From contig JACKAK010000004.1 in the NCBI GenBank assembly GCA_020635115.1, positions 115,487 through 179,486 on the forward strand: DNA of 64,000 nt, read 5' to 3'. Shown piece by piece: positions 18,453 to 27,754 of the stretch. The translations under genes and the position numbers were made by a program. The DNA comes from Halobacteriovoraceae bacterium (GTDB lineage: Bacteria > Bdellovibrionota > Bacteriovoracia > Bacteriovoracales > Bacteriovoracaceae). Below the pieces are notes generated by a model. That model searched no databases. It had not been told where the DNA came from and saw only the letters and a program-made list of their open reading frames with translations. Position 1 is the stretch's first letter. The number at the start of each line of letters is the position of its first letter.

Positions 18453-20196
18453 GAGAAGATTGAATGTCTTCGACCATTAGTTGGATATATTCGTTTCCAT
18501 TAAAACGGTTAATTCCTAATGTGTAATAGATATCAATTGAACTTTCAACTTGAGAACTTTTATAAGCATCTTCAGCTGGCATTGTATTCCATTTGTTTAC
18601 CCAATTGAAACTAATTCCCTTGAAAGTTGCCAGTGAGTTAGTTGATGAAAAACTCCATCTGACATGTTTTTCTTTTAGAAGATCAAATGACTTGATATAG
18701 GCCTTTTTGGTTCTAAATAACGGTTTAGGATTTCCCATACCAAAAGGTTCTAGTTGATTTAAACTTTGTAATAAATTTGGGTTGATGTCACTAAATTCAA
18801 TATCTAGATCGCTAGATTGAATTTTCGTTCTCATAATATAGGGAATTTTTTGAATTTCAACATGCATATTGCGTTTAAAAAGCTCAAGATTTTCCTTAAT
18901 CATCGAAAGCCCTGCTGCCGCTTTATGCCCACCAAATTTGATAAACAAGTTCTTCTGTGAATTTAAAACTTCAAAAAGATTCATTTCACCTGCGGCCCTT
19001 GCTGAAGCTTTTATTACGCCTTCAGTTTCTGAATTGCAAAACACGATGGCCGGCATTTTAAATTCTTCAACTAATTTTGAAGCGACAATTCCTATAACAC
19101 CTTCATGCCAATGTGGTTCATACACAATTAAACACACTGTTTTAGCATTCAAAAATGAAAGAACTTGTTTCTTTGCTTCAAAAAAAACTTCATTTTGTAT
19201 AAATTTACGCTCATTATTGCAAACATCTAAATGTGAGAAGTGTTCATATGCAATTTGTGGATCTCGAGCGATAAGAAGTTTGAGAGATTTTTCTGGATGA
19301 TCCAGTCTTCCCTTAGAATTAATAAGAGGGCCTATGTGAAATGATAGTTTTTCACTGGAAATAGGGGACCTCAACTCCTCAGGAGTAAAGAAGGCCTTAA
19401 GACCGCAATAGGGAGTTGAAGGTATTTGTTTTAAACCATGTCGTACAAGTTTAAGATTCATTGGAGTTAATTTTGCAAGATCACAGACTGTACCTATGGC
19501 CACAAATGGGAGTAACTCATAGAGACTTTTAATTGGCGTATGGGTTCTATCCCAGATTTTTTTTACTTGAATGGCCAAAGCAAAAGCGACACCAACACCT
19601 GCTAAATATTTAAGCTCAGAGTCTTGAGATTCATCTCTTCTATTTGGATTAACAATTGCAAAGGCCTTAGGCATTTCAGGTAGAGCATCATGGTGGTGAT
19701 CCGTTATTATGAGGTCAACTCCTAATTCATTAGCTCTATCTGCTGCTTGAGAATTTGTAATACCACAATCAACTGTAATCAGAAGTTTTACTCCTTGAGA
19801 GCTGGCCTTTTCAACTGCAGGTGGGTGAATTCCATAACCTTCAATAAATCGACTTGGTTGAATCAAATCAACTTCAATTCCAAAATATTTAAAAAAGAAA
19901 TAAAGCAAGGCGCATGAAGTAGTTCCATCAACATCATAGTCCCCATAGATTGCTATTTTTTCTTTGTTTTCGATGGCCTGAATGATTCTTTTTGCAGACT
20001 TGTCGATATCTTTTATATTAGTAAGATCTGGCAATTGTTTAAGATCCCATGAAAAAAAATCTTTCATTTGATTTTCATTTAATCCTCGACGAGCCAAGAG
20101 CTCAATTACTTTTGGGTGAATTGTTTGATTTGAATTATTTTGCAGACGACGTTGATTTATAATTTCCATACGCGAAGATAGCACATTTGCAATCAT
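18445..20196 (-). CDS. recJ: single-stranded-DNA-specific exonuclease RecJ
   Basis: DHH family motifs: IYGDYDVDGTTS, ITVDCG, ITDHHH, then a DHHA1 region (GGHKAAAG). Confidence 0.92.
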   Translation of the reverse strand: MIANVLSSRMEIINQRRLQNNSNQTIHPKVIELLARRGLNENQMKDFFSWDLKQLPDLTNIKDIDKSAKRIIQAIENKEKIAIYGDYDVDGTTSCALLYFFFKYFGIEVDLIQPSRFIEGYGIHPPAVEKASSQGVKLLITVDCGITNSQAADRANELGVDLIITDHHHDALPEMPKAFAIVNPNRRDESQDSELKYLAGVGVAFALAIQVKKIWDRTHTPIKSLYELLPFVAIGTVCDLAKLTPMNLKLVRHGLKQIPSTPYCGLKAFFTPEELRSPISSEKLSFHIGPLINSKGRLDHPEKSLKLLIARDPQIAYEHFSHLDVCNNERKFIQNEVFFEAKKQVLSFLNAKTVCLIVYEPHWHEGVIGIVASKLVEEFKMPAIVFCNSETEGVIKASARAAGEMNLFEVLNSQKNLFIKFGGHKAAAGLSMIKENLELFKRNMHVEIQKIPYIMRTKIQSSDLDIEFSDINPNLLQSLNQLEPFGMGNPKPLFRTKKAYIKSFDLLKEKHVRWSFSSTNSLATFKGISFNWVNKWNTMPAEDAYKSSQVESSIDIYYTLGINRFNGNEYIQLMVEDIQSSLN

Positions 20197-20222
20197 CTAA
20201 CTTGAGCAGGTGCAGCGTATGA

Positions 20223-20471
20223 TTACCAAAGAGCGTAAATACCTTTAATCAGATCTTCTTCATCGAGTTCATTGCATGGAGAAAAAAGTTCGTAGAATTC
20301 TTGAGAATTGTTTGCATGCACTTTGCCAAAATAATTTAAAGGTAGAAATGATCTATTGCAGGATTGACATCTTTGAGGTTCGACCATCGTTTCCATGACC
20401 TCACCACAGTGGTGGCACTTTTTGATTAATATCCTTACTTTTTCTTTAATTCTTGTAGCTGAGATTTTCAT
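20223..20471 (-). CDS. small zinc-ribbon protein, unknown function
   Basis: 82 aa with CHHCG...CQSCN (a CxxC pair). Confidence 0.45.
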   Translation of the reverse strand: MKISATRIKEKVRILIKKCHHCGEVMETMVEPQRCQSCNRSFLPLNYFGKVHANNSQEFYELFSPCNELDEEDLIKGIYALW

Positions 20472-20549
20472 TCGGGTACTCCTTCTGAGTCTGAGTGAAC
20501 ATACTGCTCAGTTGAGTTTCTCCTCGACAATAGTGTGAAAAATTTAATA

Positions 20550-20577
20550 AAAAAGCGGAAATTTTTTCCGCTTTTTT
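20550..20577 (-). terminator. rho-independent (bidirectional) terminator
   Basis: AAAAAGCGGAAA-TTT-TTTCCGCTTTTTT. GC-cored hairpin flanked by A and T runs, about 65 nt downstream of the stop of the 20642-22213 gene. Confidence 0.6.
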
Positions 20578-20641
20578 GATTTAAGAAGACAAGCTTTGTT
20601 GGGCATTAAGCATAAGTCAATTACTTAGCGCCAAAATATTT

Positions 20642-22213
20642 TTAAAAGAGAAAACTATCAGTTCGATTGCCAAAGTTAAAACTATTCGATCCTAGAGTAT
20701 ATGGATTTGATCGAGAGGCCTGTAGAAAACTTGGTATAGTGAAATTATCAACATTGTTAGTATCTATATTTGATCTATCAAGTATGTAAGAGTTGGTATC
20801 GTAAACATTATAGCCGCTATTAATATTATTATTTCTCCAATTATACTGTACTTGTGGTACATAAAATCTGTCCCACATATTTTCATAAGTTTTCAGTTTG
20901 AAATCATACATCTCTTTCATATAGTTGTTTTGCATTTGCAACTTGAGAAGTTCAAGAGATGGATTCGCTTGGGAATTTTGATTTGCAAGCATTTTACTCA
21001 TCATATCTGTCATTGAGAGAATGAGTGGTTGAAGAACTGTAACGACTGCACTAAGAGTCTCTGTTTGTTCTTTAGAAACTTTCTTTGATTTTGATGATGA
21101 AACAACTTCTTCGTCTTCATCTTTATTTTTCTCAATTTTCTCTAATAATTCAGCTTTTTCTTTTTCAAGTTCAGCAATTCTATCGTCTTTACTTAGTTCA
21201 GTCTTGGTCGGAGTATCTTCTTTCTTTTGTAATTCATCTTTGCTTGCAACTGCTTCTTGAGTTGTTTCTACAACCTCAGTTACATTTTCTTTAACTTCTT
21301 CTGTTAAAGGTTGAACTTTAAGTGAAGGATCAATATTACATACAATTTCCTTCTCAGTTTGATCCTTTTTCCCAATATTCTCAGATGTACATTTGCCTTC
21401 ATAAATATTTTTTTCAGCTGGAACTAAAATACATGAAGGAAAATGATAATCGTTAAAGCTTGAAAATTTTGCATCATCTGCATTGAGAAGTTGATCTATA
21501 TAAAGCATTAATAACTGATATTTTAAATGATCACTTGAATCTTCAGCACTAAATTGTGAGTAGATTGCAAATTTGAGTGATTCTAATTGTTCATGAATAT
21601 TAATTTCTCCATTTGCATCTTTAGAAAGTTCTACTGTTTGCTCTAAATATCTACTGATATATCGTTTCAAAATATCTTCTTGAGCTGCCTTCGATACTTC
21701 CGGATCTTTGTTTGAAGAATTTTCAAATTTGATTTGATCAGACATTTTAGTATCAAGTTTTAAATCTTTTATGTTTTCTAAAAAAATGAGACCTGCTGAT
21801 TTCTCACCATCTTGAATTGATTCATATTTTGCGAATTTTCTGGCCCTCTCTAAGTCAAGTCGCTCAAAAGGTGCACCTAGTTCCTTTGATTGTTGAAGAA
21901 CTGTTTTAAATTCTTCAATCTTTTTAGTCATACTTTCTGAATGATCTTTAATTTCAGCTTCATAAGGTAAGATATTAGACCTAATATTTACATAGATCTG
22001 ATTAATAAGTTTTCTTTGAACTTCAAATTTCTGAAATTCGCTACTTTCTTTTGGTAAATCGAGATACTGCTTTTTGAGTTCATTTATTTTAACGATTTCT
22101 GAAGATATTTGATCTTTAGAATTTATTTTGGTTTTACTAGCGTCATCAGAATCAGCTCCATATGAATTGAATAAAAGACTAAAGAGCAAAAGAGTTTTTA
22201 TAAGTTTATTCAT
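20642..22213 (-). CDS. secreted coiled-coil protein, unknown function
   Basis: Signal peptide MNKLIKTLLLFSLLFNSYGA. A central highly charged E/K-rich segment and an N/Y-rich C-terminus. Confidence 0.55.
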   Translation of the reverse strand: MNKLIKTLLLFSLLFNSYGADSDDASKTKINSKDQISSEIVKINELKKQYLDLPKESSEFQKFEVQRKLINQIYVNIRSNILPYEAEIKDHSESMTKKIEEFKTVLQQSKELGAPFERLDLERARKFAKYESIQDGEKSAGLIFLENIKDLKLDTKMSDQIKFENSSNKDPEVSKAAQEDILKRYISRYLEQTVELSKDANGEINIHEQLESLKFAIYSQFSAEDSSDHLKYQLLMLYIDQLLNADDAKFSSFNDYHFPSCILVPAEKNIYEGKCTSENIGKKDQTEKEIVCNIDPSLKVQPLTEEVKENVTEVVETTQEAVASKDELQKKEDTPTKTELSKDDRIAELEKEKAELLEKIEKNKDEDEEVVSSSKSKKVSKEQTETLSAVVTVLQPLILSMTDMMSKMLANQNSQANPSLELLKLQMQNNYMKEMYDFKLKTYENMWDRFYVPQVQYNWRNNNINSGYNVYDTNSYILDRSNIDTNNVDNFTIPSFLQASRSNPYTLGSNSFNFGNRTDSFLF

Positions 22214-22377
22214 TTTTTTCTCCCCGAAACAATATGAAATACAGATTTTTAAAGCAAAAATGATGCCATTTACCTGTTCTCCATTAAATTCAATAGTTTT
22301 GAGTATAAACGTGCGTGAAAATTGGTCAAAAAAGATGAATAAATTATAAGTTTGTCTTATTTTTAGACGATTTTTTG

Positions 22378-23705
22378 CCTCTCTAACAAAAAAGTTGAAG
22401 TTATTGAAAATTCATTGGTACCCACTTAGAGTTCAAAAATCCGCATACTTGGAGGATTTTAAGCTTAAAATACTGCATATTCCTATAACCATAAGCTCTT
22501 TTCTTTATTGTTTTGATGACGTTGTTTATTCCTTCTGAAAGTGATGAGGTAACAGGGTATTTGAAGTAGTTTCTGAATGTATCCCATCCATCATCAAACG
22601 TTTTCCACCATTTTTTTAGTTCATAGAAGATCCCTGCTTGATTTATCCATTCCCCCATCTCTTCAAACTTTGCTCTTGCTTCCGGAGCTGAAGCAGATTC
22701 AAATATCTGGTGCATACCTTCTTTAATGAGTTCTAGGTAAACAAAATATTCATTATCTCTCATGACTTCCCGAATATGCCGGTTCTCAGCTTTTGTTCTT
22801 CGATCAGATTTTTTAGTGAATAACTGTTTAAATTTGCCACGAGTCAGTCTCTTTTGTTCTCCTTTGCACATGTGCTCATTTAACCACTGTCTCTCACTAT
22901 TAATATAGTTTTGAAACGTCTGCATGATATGAAAACGATCCCATACAAAAATAGCGTTGGGACAGTTCTCTTTCACGCTAAGTTTATATCCATCAAACTG
23001 ATCTGCCGCTACAACTTCAATCTCTTCACAGCGCTCTTTTCCCATGACATGAAAAAACTCATTAAGTGCTTCTTTAGAGCGGCTTTCAGACACCCAAATA
23101 ACCCTCCTAGTGTCCAAGTCACAGATTATCGTGAAAAAGCGTTTATCCCTGGACTCTTTGGCATGATACTTTTTCTTTCTGGCATAGACTTCGTCTACAC
23201 AAATCCTCCTGACCTTTGGGATCTTGTAGTGTTGAAACATCCGCTTCATTCTTTTAAAATCAAACCGCCACATACTCATAGGATCATTGCCAGTGAACTC
23301 AGCGGCCCGAGAGACTGGAGTAATCTCACAAAGACGTCCTAACCACCAAGCATATTCCTCGGTTACGTGCGGAGTCTCCTCAGAGATCCAGTCAATTTTA
23401 GAAGTTCTAATTTTTTTACAATTACCGCATCGATGCTTAGTTCTTTTAAAGATGTAGTATCCCTTAAAACCATGAATATCCATTGTGCGAACTTTGACTT
23501 TATGCTCGCTAACTTTGGCTGCATCAAGCTCATGACAACACCTGGAACACTGTTTAACTTCACGTCCATCTTTGATAAATATCTCAATAAAGCCTTTATC
23601 TAACCACTCTTTAGTGTCTGTCACGTCAAAACCAGGGATGCAGTAACGGTGAATACGTCGTAAACTCATAGTTCAATCCTTTGAAAAATTAAGTATAAAG
23701 AGAGG
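22378..23705 (-). mobile_element. ISL3-family insertion sequence (boundaries tentative)
   Basis: Single transposase ORF. The only symmetric ends I can see are CCTCTCT (22378-22384) and AGAGAGG (23699-23705), 17 and 30 nt outside the ORF. No clear 8-bp target duplication. Confidence 0.4.
22401..23669 (-). CDS. ISL3 family transposase (apparently intact)
   Basis: N-terminal zf-ISL3 cysteines (CSRCCHEL...CGNCKK), DDE region (ICVDEVYARKK, VAADQFDGY) and C-terminal SEGINNVIKTIKKRAYGYRNMQYFKLKIL, typical of ISL3 transposases. Confidence 0.9.
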   Translation of the reverse strand: MSLRRIHRYCIPGFDVTDTKEWLDKGFIEIFIKDGREVKQCSRCCHELDAAKVSEHKVKVRTMDIHGFKGYYIFKRTKHRCGNCKKIRTSKIDWISEETPHVTEEYAWWLGRLCEITPVSRAAEFTGNDPMSMWRFDFKRMKRMFQHYKIPKVRRICVDEVYARKKKYHAKESRDKRFFTIICDLDTRRVIWVSESRSKEALNEFFHVMGKERCEEIEVVAADQFDGYKLSVKENCPNAIFVWDRFHIMQTFQNYINSERQWLNEHMCKGEQKRLTRGKFKQLFTKKSDRRTKAENRHIREVMRDNEYFVYLELIKEGMHQIFESASAPEARAKFEEMGEWINQAGIFYELKKWWKTFDDGWDTFRNYFKYPVTSSLSEGINNVIKTIKKRAYGYRNMQYFKLKILQVCGFLNSKWVPMNFQ

Positions 23706-23711
23706 ATAACA

Positions 23712-23975
23712 ATGAAGTTTAAATCGTATAAGAGAAAAGAAGGCCCATGTAGAATAGGGTCTATTGAGATGCCCAAATTAAGATTGAAACATTCAGATTT
23801 TTTTGAAGAAATAAGGGATCAAATTCCTGATAAAGATTATAAGGAATGGGAAGAAGATGCATTATTCTTTTTGTTTTTAAAACCTGAGATGGACCTGGAC
23901 AACTTAAGACCTGAAAATATTGACGAGTATGCTGAGTCAATTATTGGTTTCCCTAAAATCAACTTTTTTGATTAA
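23712..23975 (+). CDS. small acidic hypothetical protein
   Basis: 87 aa. Good SD (AAAGAGAGGA) 6 nt upstream of the ATG. No recognisable motif. Confidence 0.4.
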   Translation: MKFKSYKRKEGPCRIGSIEMPKLRLKHSDFFEEIRDQIPDKDYKEWEEDALFFLFLKPEMDLDNLRPENIDEYAESIIGFPKINFFD

Positions 23976-24042
23976 GATCCCGATTTTTTTACTTCTTTAA
24001 CTGATTTGAACGCGATGAGAAGCACATATTGTAATTGAAGAA

Positions 24043-24990
24043 TTGAAACCGTATAAATTCAATCTCAATGACGAGTTTATGGTGACAAGAATATCAAGCA
24101 CCATTATAAAGATCCTCATGAAAAAGTATAAACGCGTCTATATTGAAATAACCAATGTCTGCAATTTAAAGTGCTCTTTTTGTCCCATTGATGAACGACA
24201 AAAACAATTTATGAAACTCAAGGATTTTGAGTCAGTTCTATTTCAGGTTGCTCCAATCTCAGAACAAATTTGTCTACACCTTATGGGTGAGCCTCTGGCC
24301 CACCCAAATTTCAATGAAATTTTAAATATATGTGAACAATTTGATACTCAAATTCAACTCACAACAAATGGACTGCTATTGAGAAAACATCAGCAAACTA
24401 TTCTCGGCTCTCCTATTATAAGACAAGTGAATTTCTCTCTACAAAGTTATATGGATAATTTCCCATCAAAACCTCTGGAAGAATACCTTGAGCTTATTTA
24501 CAACTTTATAGTCTTAGCATTTGAACATAGACCAGAGCTATATTTAAATATGCGCCTTTGGAATATTGACGACCTTGATTCACTAGAAAATACCCCGATA
24601 TTTGAATTCTTCGAGAAAAAATTTGATATTCAAATCAATAGAAATCTTGAACTTGCAAAAATTAAATCAAAAAAACTACGAGGACGTTTATATCTACACT
24701 TTGATTCACGTTTCAAGTGGCCTAGACTTGAGAACGAATTTCAATCAAAATCTGGTAGATGTAATGGTCTTATAGATCATTTTGCTATTCATGCTGACGG
24801 AACAGTCGTACCTTGTTGTCTTGATGATCAAAAGGTTATTAATCTAGGAAATGTTCTAGAAGATTCAATAGATTCAATTTTAAATTCAACTAGAGCGAAA
24901 TCTATACAACAAGGATTCAAAAATAATCAATTAATAGAACAGCTATGCCAAAAGTGCACTTACATTTGTAGATTTAATAAAAAATCTTAA
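24043..24990 (+). CDS. radical SAM protein with C-terminal SPASM/twitch-like Cys cluster
   Basis: CNLKCSFC (CxxxCxxC) after YIEITN. C-terminal CNG...PCCLDD...CQKCTYIC. The track start is TTG 24043. ATG 24118 (MKKYKRVYIEITN) is an equally plausible start. Confidence 0.85.
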   Translation: MKPYKFNLNDEFMVTRISSTIIKILMKKYKRVYIEITNVCNLKCSFCPIDERQKQFMKLKDFESVLFQVAPISEQICLHLMGEPLAHPNFNEILNICEQFDTQIQLTTNGLLLRKHQQTILGSPIIRQVNFSLQSYMDNFPSKPLEEYLELIYNFIVLAFEHRPELYLNMRLWNIDDLDSLENTPIFEFFEKKFDIQINRNLELAKIKSKKLRGRLYLHFDSRFKWPRLENEFQSKSGRCNGLIDHFAIHADGTVVPCCLDDQKVINLGNVLEDSIDSILNSTRAKSIQQGFKNNQLIEQLCQKCTYICRFNKKS

Positions 24991-25063
24991 ATGCACGCCA
25001 TTTAACTCAAAAAGAAAGTCGATTTGTTCGTCATAAAAAACTGAATTTAAATTCAAAATAACT

Positions 25064-25087
25064 TAGGATCTACAAATGTAGATCCTA
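25064..25087. terminator. hairpin between convergent genes
   Basis: TAGGATCTACA-AA-TGTAGATCCTA, a near-perfect 24-nt palindrome between the radical SAM gene (+) and the porin gene (-). T-runs are weak. Confidence 0.45.
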
Positions 25088-25093
25088 TAAAAA

Positions 25094-25774
25094 TTAAAAT
25101 GTTTGAGTTAAAGAAACAACCATCTTTCCAGTTGTATTTTTATCATGGTACTTCGAATCTAAGTCAGTCCCAATATATTTTATGTTTGCGACGAGTCCTT
25201 CTTCAAAACTTCTGCTAACTCCAAAATGAAAATACATATAACTATCATCTTTTCCATTATTGAATGACTTCACATCAAACGATCTAAAACCAATCTGAGT
25301 ATCTACTGACCACATTTTGTTACATTCATGTGTGTATGAGAACCAATAGAATAGTTCATCATTGTTTTCCTCTCCAAAGTACTTAGGAGAAATTGAAATA
25401 CCTGCACCAAATCCCATATAACCAAGAGATAACAAATATTCTAAATAATTTCCGTGTCCATAGTGAAGATAGTGATATGAGAAAACTGTAATGTCCCAAG
25501 ACAAATCACCGTGAGACATTCCATATCCAACTCCCAAATCGGCCTCAGTTCAATCAACTGCTGTGACACTTTCAACTGACGTAGGAGAGAAAAAAGTATC
25601 AATATGTAGTCCAGATTCATGCGACCATCCTAAAGTTCCCTGAACTGTTGCTTGATCGGCAGATGAAGAAAGTCCTCTTGCATCGTAGTTTGAAGTTGCT
25701 GTAACTGATCCATAAAAACCAGCAAACACTTGAGTAGATAAAAATGTCAGAAGAAAAAATTTTTTCATAACCAT
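25094..25774 (-). pseudogene. TorF/Gcw_chp-like outer membrane beta-barrel porin interrupted by one in-frame TGA
   Basis: Track ORFs 25550-25774 and 25094-25537 are in the same frame and are separated only by TGA at 25550-25552: ...SVESVTAVD*TEADLGVGYGMSHG... The signal peptide (MKKFFLLTFLSTQVFA) is on the upstream piece. The C-terminus ends LTQTF. Confidence 0.6.
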
Positions 25775-25788
25775 CCTTTTATATTTTG

Positions 25789-26511
25789 CTATTCAAACTC
25801 TTTGAGTATTTTGTCAAATAGTCCTGTTTTTTTAATAGTTTTTAATCCAAAGTTAAAATCAGAAATTAAATTTTTTTGGTTTTTACCTTTATTTGACCAG
25901 GCAATATAAAACATTTTATCTTCTAGTGTTGGCCGTAAGAACGAAATGTTATCCTTAAGTTGTTTTGCAATATTTGTTATAATGTCTTTCGCAACAGTTT
26001 CATCTATTACGGCAGCATCTATCTTCCCTCCACTTACCTTAAGAAGATTTGCTAAATCGCTGGCAACTTGAGTTTTGTTGATTTTTTTAGATGTATCAAT
26101 ATCAATTGTATTAACATAACCTTTTACAACACCAATCTTTATTTTCTCAATATCTGAAATATTTCCGCTATAGGAAACCTTGGACCCTTTTTTGACTGCG
26201 AGAACGAGGGGGGATGACATAAAGGCATCTGAAAAGATAAAATCAGTTCTTCTTGACTCATCGAAATATTCTGGAAATAGGCCATCAGTTTTGCCAGATT
26301 TAGACCTAGATACGGATGTGTCCCAATCTTCAAATTCTAATTTAAGTTCATGGCCCTTTATTTTAAGTGCTTCTCTGACGACTTCAGCTACAACTCCATT
26401 TTTTTTTAAATTATTACCAATAAAAGGTGGCCAGTTAAGAGTACTTAAGGTCACCGTTTGGGAATATAATTTAGAAGTAAAAAGGGCACAGAGCAATACG
26501 GTCTTAAACAT
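25789..26511 (-). CDS. periplasmic substrate-binding protein, family 3 (amino-acid/polar solute type), orphan
   Basis: Signal peptide, then TLSTLNWPPFIG...VVAEVVREALKIKGHELKLEFEDW, typical of SBP_bac_3. No permease or ATPase gene adjacent. Confidence 0.75.
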   Translation of the reverse strand: MFKTVLLCALFTSKLYSQTVTLSTLNWPPFIGNNLKKNGVVAEVVREALKIKGHELKLEFEDWDTSVSRSKSGKTDGLFPEYFDESRRTDFIFSDAFMSSPLVLAVKKGSKVSYSGNISDIEKIKIGVVKGYVNTIDIDTSKKINKTQVASDLANLLKVSGGKIDAAVIDETVAKDIITNIAKQLKDNISFLRPTLEDKMFYIAWSNKGKNQKNLISDFNFGLKTIKKTGLFDKILKEFE

Positions 26512-26605
26512 AAATTCTCAAGTTGTTGAGGTTTTATACAGTTTAAGTAAAAAAATAAATATAGCAATTTATTTATTTTTTTCTCCGTATCAAATGACAA
26601 GATCT

Positions 26606-27001
26606 TTAATATTCGTTCAGATCATCAAAATCATCATATTCTTCTTCTCCACCAAGTGAAGAATCTATTTTTTCTAGTTTTGAGAAGGCCTGGTTGAAAG
26701 TTTGGTTGATTTTTTTATTTTCAATCATTGTTTTTTTGATTCTTATCATTTCCATTTTCATTTTTGCCTTCAGTTCCATAGCTTTTTCTCTGGCCTGTCT
26801 CTGTCTTTTTAATGCCTTTACTTTATTTTCCATTCTGACAACCATAGGATGTTCCTTTGGGGCCACAGGTTCTTTCTTTTTTTCTACAGTTCCAGAAATG
26901 TCTATTGGTTGAGAATTTAAAAAATCAGGTTGTTCAGTCTCTTGAGCAAAAATTCCAAGCGCAAAAATTGTAAAAAGTAGTATTGAGATTGTGTTTTTCA
27001 T
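26606..27001 (-). CDS. secreted K/E-rich hypothetical protein
   Basis: Signal peptide MKNTISILLFTIFALGIFA and a charged helical remainder. Confidence 0.5.
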   Translation of the reverse strand: MKNTISILLFTIFALGIFAQETEQPDFLNSQPIDISGTVEKKKEPVAPKEHPMVVRMENKVKALKRQRQAREKAMELKAKMKMEMIRIKKTMIENKKINQTFNQAFSKLEKIDSSLGGEEEYDDFDDLNEY

Positions 27002-27371
27002 TTAAAGTTCCTTTTCACCAAAATTTAGAGTTACTTTTCTATACATCATGCGCAATGTCACAGCTAGCCTTAACAAGATCACTTTAAAAGAATGAGTAAG
27101 AGATACATACGTCACAATAAAATATTTTGATAATGATGCTCGAAAGACCCTAATAAGAAAGTTCAATTTAAAGAAATGAATTATGAGTTGAGCTATGGAC
27201 TTCTGGCCTGTGGAACCAATTAACAATATGTTACATTTTGCGACAAAAAATTAAAGCTAAATTGCCTATATGTTGACGTTTTTAGTCAATCTTTGCTGCG
27301 ATCATTTGATTATACTGTGTCAAATAACCAAATAATTAGTTTCTAACTACGTGTGTATGTTGGAGGAAAAA

Positions 27372-27725
27372 ATGGAAAATGGGCCAAAGAGATGTTTTGA
27401 TAATATTGCCGAATTGGTTAGGATTTCACGGCTAAACCACTCAAAACGATATTCTCAAACAGAATTGTCTGCATTTTTAGGCTATAAAAATGGACAATTT
27501 ATTAGCAATGTAGAAAGGGGCATCTGTAGCATACCTGTTAAGTCATTAAAGAAGATTTCAGACCTTTTAGGTATTTCTCCAGAGGATATAAAAGAAGCGG
27601 TTCTTAAAGACCATGCTCAGACAATAGATAACTTTTTTTCTTACTATAAACAGCAAGGCAATGTCTTTGACTCATCAGATATTGTTCATACAAAAGATGG
27701 TATATTACGAGAGTCTTTTGTATAA
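27372..27725 (+). CDS. XRE-family helix-turn-helix transcriptional regulator
   Basis: YSQTELSAFLGYKNGQFISNVERG matches HTH_3. GGAGG lies 5 nt before ATG 27372. The track ORF begins at GTG 27351. Confidence 0.7.
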   Translation: MENGPKRCFDNIAELVRISRLNHSKRYSQTELSAFLGYKNGQFISNVERGICSIPVKSLKKISDLLGISPEDIKEAVLKDHAQTIDNFFSYYKQQGNVFDSSDIVHTKDGILRESFV

Positions 27726-27754
27726 TGGTTTCTCATAGTTTATGAGTTTTTCTG

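Noticed and set aside
22128-22349. 73-aa plus-strand ORF at the 5' end of the coiled-coil protein gene
   Set aside because: It overlaps the start of the 523-aa gene in antisense and extends into the IS flank. There is no supporting signal.
25550-25552. In-frame TGA in the porin as selenocysteine or alternative genetic code
   Set aside because: TGA terminates many well-supported genes in this window, so code 4 is excluded. An outer-membrane porin is not a plausible selenoprotein and I see no SECIS-like hairpin immediately downstream. A nonsense mutation or sequencing error is simpler.
27002-27226. 74-aa minus-strand ORF in the 350-nt gap before the XRE regulator
   Set aside because: No RBS and no signal or motif. 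The composition looks like intergenic AT-rich sequence, probably the promoter region for the divergent genes.
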